This document shows, in pieces, positions 43,541 through 54,656 of a DNA stretch of 59,443 nt. The notes under the pieces are model-generated. The model was given only the letters and a program-made list of their open reading frames with translations, was not told the DNA's origin and ran no database searches. A program made the translations under genes and the position numbers. Each line of letters starts with the position of its first letter. Position 1 is the stretch's first letter. Source of the stretch: Steroidobacteraceae bacterium (GTDB taxonomy: Bacteria > Pseudomonadota > Gammaproteobacteria > Steroidobacterales > Steroidobacteraceae); NCBI GenBank assembly GCA_036277615.1, contig DASUMQ010000293.1, positions 1-59,443 on the forward strand, written 5' to 3'.

Positions 43541-45425
43541 GACGCCACACCCAGGCCAGGCAGCCGACGATGCCGAGGACGGCCATCGTCACGTACCACT
43601 GCAGCTGTCCCGTTTCGATTCTGCCCAGGCGGCCCGCGACCCGACGGGTCGTCGCCGCAAGCCCGTGCAGCGTGCCGTCGATGACGAACCGGTCGCCGGC
43701 GCGCAGGAAGACGCGGTCCGACACCCAGTGCAGCGGACGGCCGAGCACCGCGTCGTAGAGTTCGTCGATGAAGTACTTGCCGCCGAGCATCCGGTGCAGT
43801 CGCGGGAAGCGGGCGGCCAGCGCGTCGCCCTTCGCCAGGCCGCCGCGGTACAGCCACGTCGCGGCGAGGAAACCCGCGACCGCCACGGCGACGGCGACGT
43901 AGACCAGCGTGTGCTCGTAATGCTCGAGCGATTCCCGCGCCGTAGCGAGCGGCAGCACCGGCTCGAGGAATTCCGGCACGTGGACGAACCCGCCGACTGC
44001 CGAGAGGAACGCCAGGACGACCAGCACGCCGGTCATCGACCACGGGGACTCGTGCACGTGGTGCTCGACTTCGTGGCTCATGCGCGAGGGCGTCAGGAAC
44101 GTGAGCCACAGCAGCCGGAACATGTAGAACGACGTCATCAATGCCGTGGCGGAGCCGACCACCCACAGCAGCGTCGAGCCGCCGTACCCGCTGGCGAATG
44201 CGAACCAGAGGATCTCGTCCTTCGAGAAGAAGCCTGCGAGCGGCGGGATGCCGGCGATCGCCGCGGTCGCGATCGCGAAGGTGACGAACGTGACCGGGAT
44301 CCGGCGCGCGAGGCCGCCCATCCTGCGGATGTCCTGTTCGCCGCCGAGTGCGTGGATGACGCTGCCCGCGCCGAGGAACAGGCAGGCCTTGAAGAACGCG
44401 TGCGTGTAGACGTGGAAGACCGCCACACCGTAGGCCCCGACGCCGAGGGCGACGAACATCAGGCCGAGCTGCGAGACGGTCGAATACGCCAGCACCTTCT
44501 TGATGTCGGTCTGCACGACCGCGATCGTCGCGGCGAAGAATGCCGTCATGACGCCGATCACTGCGACGACCTGGGAGGCCAGCGGCGCGTGCTCGTAGAT
44601 GCCGTGCATACGTGCGACGAGGTAGACGCCGGCGGTCACCATCGTTGCCGCGTGGATCAGCGCCGAGACAGGGGTGGGGCCGGCCATCGCGTCGGGCAGC
44701 CACACGTGCAGCGGAATCTGCGCCGACTTGCCCGTGGCGCCGATGAAGAGCAGCACGCCTACCAGGCTGGCCGAGACCGCGGGCGCCACCGGACCGCCGA
44801 AGGCCGCGTTGATCTCGTCCATGTTCAGCGTGCCCAGCACGTGGTACAGCAGGAACAGGCCGAGCAGGAAGCCCGCGTCGCCGATGCGGTTGGTGATGAA
44901 CGCCTTCTTGCCGGCGGCGGCCTTGGCGGGGTCCTCGAACCAGAATCCGATCAACAGGTAGGAGGCGAGACCGACTCCCTCCCAGCCGACGAAGCACACG
45001 AGCAGCGAGCGCCCGAGCACCAGTGTGAGCATGAAGAACAGGAACAGGTTCAGGTACGCGAAATAGCGCGCATAGCTCGCGTCGCCCTTCATGTAGCCGG
45101 TCGAATAGACGTGGATCAATGACCCGACGCCGGTGACGATCAGCGTCATCACCGCGCTCAGGCGGTCGAAGTAGAAGGCGACATCGAAGCTTTGATTGCC
45201 GACGGCGGCCCACTGATACGCGTGCTCGACCAGCGCGGCGTCGGGCCCCGCCAGTTGCAGCGTCGAAAATGCCTCGAGCGTCGCGAGGAACGCCAGGATC
45301 GGCAGGCCGCAGCCCACCACCGAGACGAACGTGGGCCCGAGCCTGCGGCCCAGCAATCCGTTCAGCACGAATCCGGCGAGCGGCAACAGCACGATGACGG
45401 TGAGCAGGTTCATCGTGGGCGTCAT
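43533..45425 (-). CDS. nuoL: NADH-quinone oxidoreductase subunit L
   Basis: 630-aa antiporter-like subunit (…GKSAQIPLHVWLPDAMAGPTPVSALIHAATMV…) with a C-terminal lateral-helix region. The ATG at 45425 overlaps the nuoK stop; an alternative ATG lies at 45413. Confidence 0.92.
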   Translation of the reverse strand: MTPTMNLLTVIVLLPLAGFVLNGLLGRRLGPTFVSVVGCGLPILAFLATLEAFSTLQLAGPDAALVEHAYQWAAVGNQSFDVAFYFDRLSAVMTLIVTGVGSLIHVYSTGYMKGDASYARYFAYLNLFLFFMLTLVLGRSLLVCFVGWEGVGLASYLLIGFWFEDPAKAAAGKKAFITNRIGDAGFLLGLFLLYHVLGTLNMDEINAAFGGPVAPAVSASLVGVLLFIGATGKSAQIPLHVWLPDAMAGPTPVSALIHAATMVTAGVYLVARMHGIYEHAPLASQVVAVIGVMTAFFAATIAVVQTDIKKVLAYSTVSQLGLMFVALGVGAYGVAVFHVYTHAFFKACLFLGAGSVIHALGGEQDIRRMGGLARRIPVTFVTFAIATAAIAGIPPLAGFFSKDEILWFAFASGYGGSTLLWVVGSATALMTSFYMFRLLWLTFLTPSRMSHEVEHHVHESPWSMTGVLVVLAFLSAVGGFVHVPEFLEPVLPLATARESLEHYEHTLVYVAVAVAVAGFLAATWLYRGGLAKGDALAARFPRLHRMLGGKYFIDELYDAVLGRPLHWVSDRVFLRAGDRFVIDGTLHGLAATTRRVAGRLGRIETGQLQWYVTMAVLGIVGCLAWVWRHV

Positions 45426-45724
45426 CCCTTGAGGCTGTCGTAACCCTCGACGTCGAGGGAGCGCTTCTGGCGTGACAGCATCAGCACGATGGGGATCGCG
45501 ATCGCGATCTCGGCCGCGGCCACCACGAAGATCAGGAATACGAGGACGGTGCCGGACAGCGTCGCGGTGCGCAGCGAGAACACGACCAGCGCGAGGATGA
45601 CGGCGTTCAGCATGAGTTCCATGCACATCAGCATGACCAGCGCGTTGCGCCGGACCATGACGCCGACGAGGCCGATCCCGAACAGCACGAAGCTGAGCCA
45701 GAGCAGGACCTGCAGGTCAGCCAT
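45422..45724 (-). CDS. nuoK: NADH-quinone oxidoreductase subunit K
   Basis: 100 aa with 3 TM helices. The sequence LMLNAVILALVVFS...VAAAEIAIAIPIV is typical of NuoK. Confidence 0.92.
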   Translation of the reverse strand: MADLQVLLWLSFVLFGIGLVGVMVRRNALVMLMCMELMLNAVILALVVFSLRTATLSGTVLVFLIFVVAAAEIAIAIPIVLMLSRQKRSLDVEGYDSLKG

Positions 45725-46229
45725 CCTGCCTCCTGCCGCTCTTGATCACTGCGATTGCGGCAACCACTGCGGCGACCAGCAGCACGCTCGTGAGTTCGAA
45801 ATGCAGCCAGTACTGCTGCAGGAATTCCTGCGAAAACGGCCGGACCAGGTACGAGGGCGCCTCGACGCCGGCCGCGGCAGGAGTCACCCGCAATTGCGCC
45901 ATGCCCAGCCCGAGGGCGGCCGCCAGCAGCGTGCCGAGCGCCACGCCCGGCACCAGCAAACGGCCGTAGCGCACGACGAAGGACGGGTCACGCACGTCGA
46001 GCAGCATGATCACGTACACCATGAACACCATGACGGCGCCGACGTAGATCAGGACCTGGAAGACCGCGACGGCATGCACGCCGAGCATCGCGTAGACGCC
46101 GGCGAGCGACAGCATCACCGCGATCAGGGCGAGCGCGACTCGCATCGGATGCTGGGCGACGAGCATGAGTACGCCGCCGGCGAGCGCGGCGACGACGAAG
46201 AAATACAGGAGCACCGTGTCGATGCTCAT
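45717..46229 (-). CDS. nuoJ: NADH-quinone oxidoreductase subunit J
   Basis: 170 aa starting MSIDTVLLYFFVVAALAGGVLMLVAQHPMRVAL. Its ATG overlaps the nuoI stop. The longer 46754 ORF start is rejected. Confidence 0.9.
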   Translation of the reverse strand: MSIDTVLLYFFVVAALAGGVLMLVAQHPMRVALALIAVMLSLAGVYAMLGVHAVAVFQVLIYVGAVMVFMVYVIMLLDVRDPSFVVRYGRLLVPGVALGTLLAAALGLGMAQLRVTPAAAGVEAPSYLVRPFSQEFLQQYWLHFELTSVLLVAAVVAAIAVIKSGRRQDG

Positions 46230-46816
46230 GTGCCTTCGCTCCTGAGGCCGTCCGCAGCCGGCCCGGCGGGGTAGGGCTTCGCCACGTCGGACTGCGGCTG
46301 CCAGTTGAGCAACTCCTCCCGGCCGAGCCACATGCGGCCGCGATCGATGCGGGGCAGGTCGGGGATTTCCTTCACCATCCGGATCGCGTCCTCGGGGCAG
46401 GCTTCGACGCACATGCCGCAGAAGATGCAGCGCGAATAGTCGATCTCGAACCGCGACGGGTACTTCGGGTGTGTCGGATCGTCCGGGTCGAATGCCGCGT
46501 CGATCTCGATCACCTGCGCCGGGCAGACGGTGGCGCACATGTTGCACGCCACGCACTGCGGCCGGCCGTCCGGTCGCTGCGTCAGGACGTGCTTGCCGCG
46601 ATTCCCGGCCGCGTAGTCGGCGCGGGTTTCCTCCGGGTAATACGCCGTGAGGGCACCCTTGCGGCCCGTCACCCACTTGCCCATGTTGCGCAGGAACACG
46701 CCACCCGTGATCGCGAGGCCGCGCACGACTTCGAACAGGTACGCACGCTCCCACCAGCCCATGCTGGGCTCGTTCCAGTACTGCTTGCGTACGTACGGCT
46801 TGCGCGGCTGGCTCAT
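46226..46816 (-). CDS. nuoI: NADH-quinone oxidoreductase subunit I (2x[4Fe-4S])
   Basis: Two ferredoxin motifs, CVACNMCATVCP and CIFCGMCVEACP. 196 aa. Confidence 0.93.
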   Translation of the reverse strand: MSQPRKPYVRKQYWNEPSMGWWERAYLFEVVRGLAITGGVFLRNMGKWVTGRKGALTAYYPEETRADYAAGNRGKHVLTQRPDGRPQCVACNMCATVCPAQVIEIDAAFDPDDPTHPKYPSRFEIDYSRCIFCGMCVEACPEDAIRMVKEIPDLPRIDRGRMWLGREELLNWQPQSDVAKPYPAGPAADGLRSEGT

Positions 46817-46829
46817 GGTGCGTTGCGCC

Positions 46830-47968
46830 TCATGCCTGCCGGGCCCACAGCACGCCCGCGGTCACGACGAGGTTGAGGATCGACAGCGGCAGCAGGAAAC
46901 GCCACGCGAAGCGCAGCAACTGGTCCCAGCGGAAGCGGGGCAGGGTCCAGCGCACGAGGATCTGGAAGCTGCACAGCAGGAAGACCTTGCCGAGGAACGT
47001 GAGCAACTGGATCGCGACCACCCAGCCATGGCTCACCGGGATGGTGTCGCCGCCCGGCAGCGTGAAGCCGGTGTCGTTCATGTACGGCAGGTTGTAGCCG
47101 CCGAGGAACAGCGTCACGAACAGCGCGGCGATGATCGCGATCTCGATGAACTCCGAGAGCATGAACACGCCCTGTTTCATCGCGCTGTATTCGGTGAAGT
47201 AGCCGGAGATCAGCTCGGACTCGGCTTCGGGCAGGTCGAACGGGATGCGCTTGTTCTCGGCAATTCCCGCCGTCAGGAACAGCATGGCGGCGAACGGCTG
47301 GTAGACGAGGCCCCAGGCGGGCAGGAAGCCGAGCACCGTGCCCGATTGCTGCTCGACGATGCTCGCCAGGTTGACCGTGCCGAACACCAGCACGATGCCG
47401 AGCACGGTGAGGCCCATCACCAGTTCGTACGAGATCAGCTGCGAGCCCGCGCGCAGGGCCCCGAGCAGCGAGAACTTGTTGGCGGATGACCAGCCCGCGA
47501 GCATGGCGCCGATGATCGTGATGCCGCTGAACGCGAACACGACGAGCAGTCCTGCGTCGATCGGGGCGATCTGCATCGCATACGTGCGCCCGCCGAACCA
47601 GTCGGCCAGCCCGGGGAACAGCCGGCCCGGGTCGAGCGTGCCGCCGAACGGCACGACGGCGAAGACCAGCAGCACCGGCACGATCGCGAGCCAGGGCCCG
47701 AGCGCATAGGCGAGCCTGTCGTATGCGTTCGGCTTGAAGTCTTCCTTGAGCAGCAGCTTGAGGCCGTCGGCCATGCCGTGGAACAGGCCCAGCCAGATCA
47801 GCTTGACCTGGGTGAACGGGATCCGGACGTAGGCGCGATTGGCGCCGATGCGGTCCGACATGATCGCCGCCTGCTTGCGCTCGACCCAGGTCAGGATGGC
47901 GCCGAACGTCAGCAGCACCGCGAGCGCGTAGCCGATGTAGACCAGGCTGATGGCGAAGTCCTGCGCGT

Positions 47969-47972
<4 letters not shown>
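46830..47972 (-). CDS. nuoH: NADH-quinone oxidoreductase subunit H
   Basis: 380-aa polytopic protein (…ERKQAAIMSDRIGANR…, …IPFDLPEAESELISGYFTEYS…). The GTG at 47972 overlaps the nuoG stop (GTGA). Confidence 0.92.
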
Positions 47973-49380
<1,408 letters not shown>

Positions 49381-49399
<19 letters not shown>

Positions 49400-50679
49400 T
49401 CCAGGCTCCCGCCGTACTTGGAGCGCTTGTGCTCGATGTAGTACTCGAACTCGTCGCGGAACTTGTCGAGGATGCCGGTGCAGGCGTAGCCGGCCGCGTC
49501 GCCGAGCCCGCAGATCGTCGTCCCGTCGTTGAATTTCGAGACGTAGTAGAGGCGGTCGATGTCGTCCGGCACGCCGCCACCGGCGACGATGCGGTCGATG
49601 ATCCGGTGCATCCAGCCCGTGCCGTGCCGGCACGGCGTGCACTGGCCGCACGACTCGTGGTGATAGAAGCGCAGGATCACCTGCAGCAGGGACACCATGC
49701 ACGTGCCTTCGGCGATCACGATCATGCCGCCCGAACCCATCGTCGAGCCGGCGTCCCAGAGGGCTTCGTGGGACAGGACCAGTTCCTTGATCTCGGCGCC
49801 CGTCAGCACTTTCGAGGACACCCCGCCCGGGACCACGCACTTGATCGGTCGCGCGCCGGGCACCCCGCCGCAGTCCTCGTCGAGGAACTTCATCCACGGA
49901 TAGCCGCACTCGACTTCGTAGACACCCGGCCGGTTGATGTGGCCCGAAATCGATATCAGGCGCGTGCCGGGGCTCTTGGCCGTGCCGACGGTACGGAACG
50001 CGGCCGCGCCGTGCAGGACGATGCCGGCGACGTTCGACAGCGATTCGACGTTGTTGACCACGGTCGGCTGCTGGTAGAGGCCGCGCACCGTGAGACGCGG
50101 CGGTCGGTTGCGCGGGTAGCTCTTCTTGCCTTCGAGGGACGCAATCAGGCCCGAGGCCTCGCCGGCGACGTAGGCCCCCGCGCCGCGGTAGACGACGATG
50201 TCACAGGCGAAATCGGTGCCGAGGACGTTCCTGCCGAAATAACCCGCGGCGTACGCCTCCTCGACTGCGCCGGCGAGCCGCCGATAGGGCAGGTCGAACT
50301 CGCCCCGGATGTAGACGAAACAGTTGCGGACGTTCAGCGCGTAGCTCGCGATCAGCATGGACTCGAGCAGCACGTGCGGGTTGTTCTCGAGGATCCAGCG
50401 GTCCTTGAACGTGCCGGGCTCGCCCTCGTCGGCGTTCGCGATCAGGTAATGCGGGTGCCCGTCGTCGTACTGCACGACCTGCCACTTGCGCCCGACCTCG
50501 AACGAGGCGCCGCCACGGCCCTGCAGCCCCGACGCCGCCACTTCCTTGACCACGTCCTGGGGCTTCATCTCGCGCAGGGCCTTCGCGAGGGCGGCGTAGC
50601 CGCCGCGAGCGCGATACTCGTCCAGCGAGTGCGACGTCGCCGTCACCGGAAAGGTCATGAGGAGCTGGCGACCGGCCAT
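49381..50679 (-). CDS. nuoF: NADH-quinone oxidoreductase subunit F
   Basis: FMN/NADH motifs GLQGRGGASFEVGRKW and NADEGEPGTFKDR, and the N3 cluster motif ESCGQCTPCR. I chose the start at MAGRQLL (50679). Confidence 0.93.
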
Positions 50680-50681
50680 GG

Positions 50682-51146
50682 CTACTTCAGCTCCTCCAGC
50701 AGCGCATCGACCGTCGCGGGCGTGAGGTTCTCGTGATACGCCTGGTTGACCATCATCATCGGCGCCGTGCCGCACGAGCCCAGGCATTCCGCGTGCGACA
50801 GCGTGAAGCGGCCGTCCGGCGTCGTCTCGCCCGGCTTGATGCCGAGCCGCCGCTCGACGTGCGCGAGGATGCTCTCCGCGCCGTTCATCGAGCAGCTGAC
50901 GTTGTGGCAGAACTGCAGGTGCCAGCGGCCGATCGGCTTGCGCCGGAACATGGTGTAGAACGAGAGCACTTCCTCGATCTGGATCTGCGGAATGCCGAGG
51001 TATAGCGCGAGCTCGACGATGTCGGTGTCCGCCACGTAACCGCGGTCTTCCTGGATGCGACGCACGCAGGGCAACACGAGCGAGGACTCGAACCCCGCCG
51101 GGAACCGTTCGCGCAGCTTCTCGAACTCGGGGATGAGGTGCTTCAC
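50682..51146 (-). CDS. nuoE: NADH-quinone oxidoreductase subunit E
   Basis: 2Fe-2S cysteines in FCHNVSCSMNG and CLGSCGTAPMMMVN. The GTG at 51146 overlaps the nuoD stop (GTGA). Confidence 0.9.
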   Translation of the reverse strand: MKHLIPEFEKLRERFPAGFESSLVLPCVRRIQEDRGYVADTDIVELALYLGIPQIQIEEVLSFYTMFRRKPIGRWHLQFCHNVSCSMNGAESILAHVERRLGIKPGETTPDGRFTLSHAECLGSCGTAPMMMVNQAYHENLTPATVDALLEELK

Positions 51147-52375
51147 CTGTCGCACTCCCCGCCGATCATGTTGACCGAACCGAAGGTCGGCACGATGTCG
51201 GCGAGCTGGTAGCCGTCGAGCATCTTGTGGACGCCGCCCATGTGCACGAAGCTCGGGCTGCGGCAGTGGACTTTCCACGGCACGCCGCCGCCGACGCTGA
51301 CGATGTAGAAGCCCAGCTCGCCGTTGGCGCCCTCGTGCGCCGAATACACCTCGCCGGCGGGCACCTGCGGGCCCTCCATGACGAGCTTGAAGTGGTTGAT
51401 CAACGCTTCGATCTGCGTATAGACGGCATCTTTGTCCGGGAACGTGCAGCGGCGATCGTCGACGTTGATCGGGCCCGGCTCCAGCATGTCGATCAGCTGG
51501 CGGATCATGTGCCGCGACTCGTCCATCTCGCGCATGCGCACGTAGTAGCGGTCGTAGTTGTCGCCCTTGATGCCGACGGGAACCTCGAAGTCGAGCTCGC
51601 CGTAGGAGAGGTAGGGCGTGTCCTTGCGCAGGTCGCGCGGCGCGCCGGTCGAGCGCAGGATCGGGCCCGTGAAGCCCCAGTTGACTGCCTCGGTCGTCGT
51701 GATCACGCCGATGTCACGCATGCGGTCGATGAAGATCCGGTTGCGGTCGACGAGGCCGTGCACGCGGTCGACGAACGTGTCCATCTGGTCGAGGATCTGC
51801 TCGAGCCGTCCGATCCAGCCGTCCGGCAGGTCACGCGCGAGACCGCCGATCCGCCCGTAGCTGTGCGTGACTCGCGCGCCCGTCAGGTCCGCGATGTGCT
51901 CGTACACGTAATCGCGGATCGTGACGAGGTAGAGAAACGCCGTCATGGCGCCCAGCTCCATCAGCGCCGCGGCGACGCAGGTGAGGTGGTCGGCGATCCT
52001 CGAATACTCGGCCAGCAGCGTGCGGAGGTGCCGGCAACGCGGCGTGATCTCGACGCCCATCAGCTTCTCGACGGCCTCGCAGTAGGCGAAGTCGTTGATC
52101 AGCGCGGAGCAGTAGTTCAGGCGGTCGACGTACGGAATCAGGTTGTGCCAGGTGTGCGACTCGCACTCCTTCTCGAACCCGCGGTGCAGGTAGCCGCAAT
52201 GGACGTCGGTTCGCAGCACGCGCTCGCCCGAGAGCTCCGCGACGATCTGGATGGTGCCGTGCGTCGCGGGATGGGAAGGCCCGATGTTCACGATCACCGA
52301 GCCCGGCGTCTGGCCTTCCGTGAAGGCCGGCCGGATCGGGTTAGGCAGCGTGGTGAGGGGTGGCAGCGTGCTCAT
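51143..52375 (-). CDS. nuoD: NADH-quinone oxidoreductase subunit D
   Basis: 410 aa with NIGPSHPATHGTIQIV and CGYLHRGFEK motifs. It is separate from nuoC (not fused). Confidence 0.94.
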   Translation of the reverse strand: MSTLPPLTTLPNPIRPAFTEGQTPGSVIVNIGPSHPATHGTIQIVAELSGERVLRTDVHCGYLHRGFEKECESHTWHNLIPYVDRLNYCSALINDFAYCEAVEKLMGVEITPRCRHLRTLLAEYSRIADHLTCVAAALMELGAMTAFLYLVTIRDYVYEHIADLTGARVTHSYGRIGGLARDLPDGWIGRLEQILDQMDTFVDRVHGLVDRNRIFIDRMRDIGVITTTEAVNWGFTGPILRSTGAPRDLRKDTPYLSYGELDFEVPVGIKGDNYDRYYVRMREMDESRHMIRQLIDMLEPGPINVDDRRCTFPDKDAVYTQIEALINHFKLVMEGPQVPAGEVYSAHEGANGELGFYIVSVGGGVPWKVHCRSPSFVHMGGVHKMLDGYQLADIVPTFGSVNMIGGECDR

Positions 52376-52860
52376 GGCTCAACTTCGCGATACGGCACGA
52401 GCGGCTGTTCCCGCTGCTTGGGGTAGTCCTTGCGCAGCGGGTGCCCCTGGAAACCCTCGTACAGCAGGAGCGGCCGCAGGTCGTCGTTGCCACGAAACCC
52501 GATGCCGTACATCTCGTGGCATTCGCGTTCCATGTAGCGGGCCGAGCCATAGAGCGGCACGAGCGTGTCGACGATGGGCTCCGACTCATCCACGCGGGTC
52601 TTGATGCGGACCCGGACGAACCTGCGCGTCGAGTAGAAGTGGTACACGACGTCGAAGCGCGGCCGGCGCTGGGGCCAGTCGACCGCCGTCACGTCGAGGA
52701 ACATGTCGAAGCCGAATGCGCCCTTGAGGTCCTTGACCAGGGGCACCAGGTCCTGCGGCTCGACTTCCAGTACGAGGATGCCGTGCGCCATGCCCGAGGA
52801 GAGCGCCCTCGCGCCGACGCCGGCCTGCACCTCCCCGAGAAAGTCGCCCCCCGCGCTCAC
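52372..52860 (-). CDS. nuoC: NADH-quinone oxidoreductase subunit C
   Basis: 162 aa with FLDVTAVDWP and ERECHEMYGIGFRGNDDLRPLLL motifs. Confidence 0.9.
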   Translation of the reverse strand: MSAGGDFLGEVQAGVGARALSSGMAHGILVLEVEPQDLVPLVKDLKGAFGFDMFLDVTAVDWPQRRPRFDVVYHFYSTRRFVRVRIKTRVDESEPIVDTLVPLYGSARYMERECHEMYGIGFRGNDDLRPLLLYEGFQGHPLRKDYPKQREQPLVPYREVEP

Positions 52861-52863
52861 TGG

Positions 52864-53373
52864 CTAGAATTCCTTGTTGATGATCGGGTGCCGCTCGGCC
52901 GCGATCTTGTCCTGCAGCTTCATGATCCCGTCGATGACCGTCTCCGGTCGCGGCGGGCAGCCGGGGATATAGATGTCGACGGGGATGATCCTGTCGATTC
53001 CCAGCAGCGTGGCGTAGTTCTGGTAGAAGCCCCCGCTGGTCGCGCAGACGCCGAAGGCGATGACCCACTTCGGCTCGCACATCTGCTCGTAGACCTTGCG
53101 CAGGATCGGGGCCTGCTTGTGGTTGACCGTGCCGACGACCATCAGCAGGTCGGACTGGCGCGGGGTGAACCGCGGCAGGGCTGCGCCGAAACGGTCGGTG
53201 TCGTAGAGCGTGGAACTCACCGACATGAATTCCATGGCGCAGCAGGCCGTCACGAAGGGGTAAGGGAACAGCGAAAACTTGCGCGCCCAGCCGACGAATT
53301 CGTCCTTGCGTGTCGACAGGTACTCGAAGGCGCCACGCGGGACCGGCGGCTGGGCCGGTTTGCCCGGGTTCAC
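52864..53373 (-). CDS. nuoB: NADH-quinone oxidoreductase subunit B
   Basis: N2 cluster cysteines in TACCAMEF, FGVCATSGG and IPGCPPRPE. The GTG at 53373 overlaps the nuoA stop (GTGA). Confidence 0.92.
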   Translation of the reverse strand: MNPGKPAQPPVPRGAFEYLSTRKDEFVGWARKFSLFPYPFVTACCAMEFMSVSSTLYDTDRFGAALPRFTPRQSDLLMVVGTVNHKQAPILRKVYEQMCEPKWVIAFGVCATSGGFYQNYATLLGIDRIIPVDIYIPGCPPRPETVIDGIMKLQDKIAAERHPIINKEF

Positions 53374-53735
53374 GAGGTGACCTCCTCGAGCAACCCCGAG
53401 CGCCACACGTACAGCATGATCACCACCAGCAGCGTGACGAACAGCGCGAACGTGCCGAGCATGAAGCCGGTCATCGGCTGCGCGGCGAGGGCCCAAAGGT
53501 AGAGGAACACTGTCTCGAGGTCGAAAAGAATGAACAGCACGGCGATCGCGTAGTACTTGACGGGGACCGCCCGGGTGTTGTCCGTCTCGACCGGCGTCGC
53601 GCCGCACTCGAACGGCTCGAGCTTCAGCGGCGTGGCCACCGGTTTCGGGCCCAGCACGCGGTTCAGCCACAGCGTCAGTGCGACGAATCCGATGATCGCC
53701 GCCAGGTACACGAGAAATGCGAGATATGCGTTCAT
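53370..53735 (-). CDS. nuoA: NADH-quinone oxidoreductase subunit A
   Basis: 121 aa, 3 TM helices, starting MNAYLAFLVYLAAIIGFVALTLWLN, with the ...PFECG... motif. It is the first gene of the operon. Confidence 0.9.
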   Translation of the reverse strand: MNAYLAFLVYLAAIIGFVALTLWLNRVLGPKPVATPLKLEPFECGATPVETDNTRAVPVKYYAIAVLFILFDLETVFLYLWALAAQPMTGFMLGTFALFVTLLVVIMLYVWRSGLLEEVTS

Positions 53736-53882
53736 CGGACGTGTGGTAGCAACCTTCAGGCCGCAACGTGCAGGGACTATAGTTTCATGCGAAACGGCTC
53801 GTGACCGAGGAAAACACTTATGGCAGCGCGGGGCTGCGTCGCCCCAAATCTCGGGACACTCCGCCACGTGTGAGAGCCAGCC

Positions 53883-54656
53883 GTGGATACCACCCATCGA
53901 CTCATTGGTACCCTTGCCGCCAGCGCCGGAAGACGACCGCGCCGCTGGCCCGCCCGGCTCGACCTGCTGCAGAGCGCCACCGGGCTTGCGCTCGGGTTGT
54001 TCATGTGGGTCCACATGTTCTTCGTCGCCTCGATCCTGCTCGGCAAGGAAGCGATGTGGACCGTGGCGCGCATGTTCGAAGGGTACTTCGTTTTCGGCAC
54101 CGCGCAGTACTGGCTCGTGTCGCTGCTGGTCGCCACGGTCGCCGTGCTCTTCGTCGTGCACGCGGCACTGGCGTTGCGCAAGTTCCCCGCGAACTACCGC
54201 CAGTACCGCACGTACCGTGACCACCTGAAGCAGATGCGTCACGAGGACACGACGCTCTGGTACTGGCAGGTGGTGACCGGTTTCGCCCTGTTTTTCCTGG
54301 CTTCCGTGCACCTCTACATCATGATGACGCAGCCGGACACGATCGGCCCGTACGGTTCGGCCGACCGCGTGTGGAGCGACACGATGTGGCCGCTCTACCT
54401 CGTGCTGCTGTTCGCGGTCGAGTTCCACGGCGGCGTGGGCCTCTATCGGGTCGCGCTCAAATGGGGATGGTTCGAGAACGGCGACCCGCTCGCGACGCGA
54501 CGCAAGCTGCGCCGGTTCAAGTGGGCACTCACGGCGTTCTTCCTGGTGCTCGGTCTCGCGACGCTCGCGGCCTATATGAAGATCGGCATCGAGCACGCGC
54601 CGTATTACGGGCAGCCGTACGTGCCCGCCGGGGTCGCGACGGAGGTGTCGCCGTGA
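53883..54656 (+). CDS. frdC: Dihaem cytochrome b membrane anchor of a type-B quinol:fumarate reductase / succinate:quinone reductase
   Basis: Near-colinear similarity to Wolinella succinogenes FrdC as I recall it ([23 protein letters not shown]; [13 protein letters not shown]; [30 protein letters not shown]). His44, His93, His143, His182 and Glu180 sit at the same numbering. GTG start. Confidence 0.9.
   Translation: MDTTHRLIGTLAASAGRRPRRWPARLDLLQSATGLALGLFMWVHMFFVASILLGKEAMWTVARMFEGYFVFGTAQYWLVSLLVATVAVLFVVHAALALRKFPANYRQYRTYRDHLKQMRHEDTTLWYWQVVTGFALFFLASVHLYIMMTQPDTIGPYGSADRVWSDTMWPLYLVLLFAVEFHGGVGLYRVALKWGWFENGDPLATRRKLRRFKWALTAFFLVLGLATLAAYMKIGIEHAPYYGQPYVPAGVATEVSP

Noticed and set aside
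43404-45122. 572-aa plus-strand ORF antisense to nuoL, plus similar shadows across nuoM, nuoG, nuoF and nuoD
   Set aside because: They are highly charged shadow frames lying opposite polytopic or Fe-S subunits that have canonical motifs.
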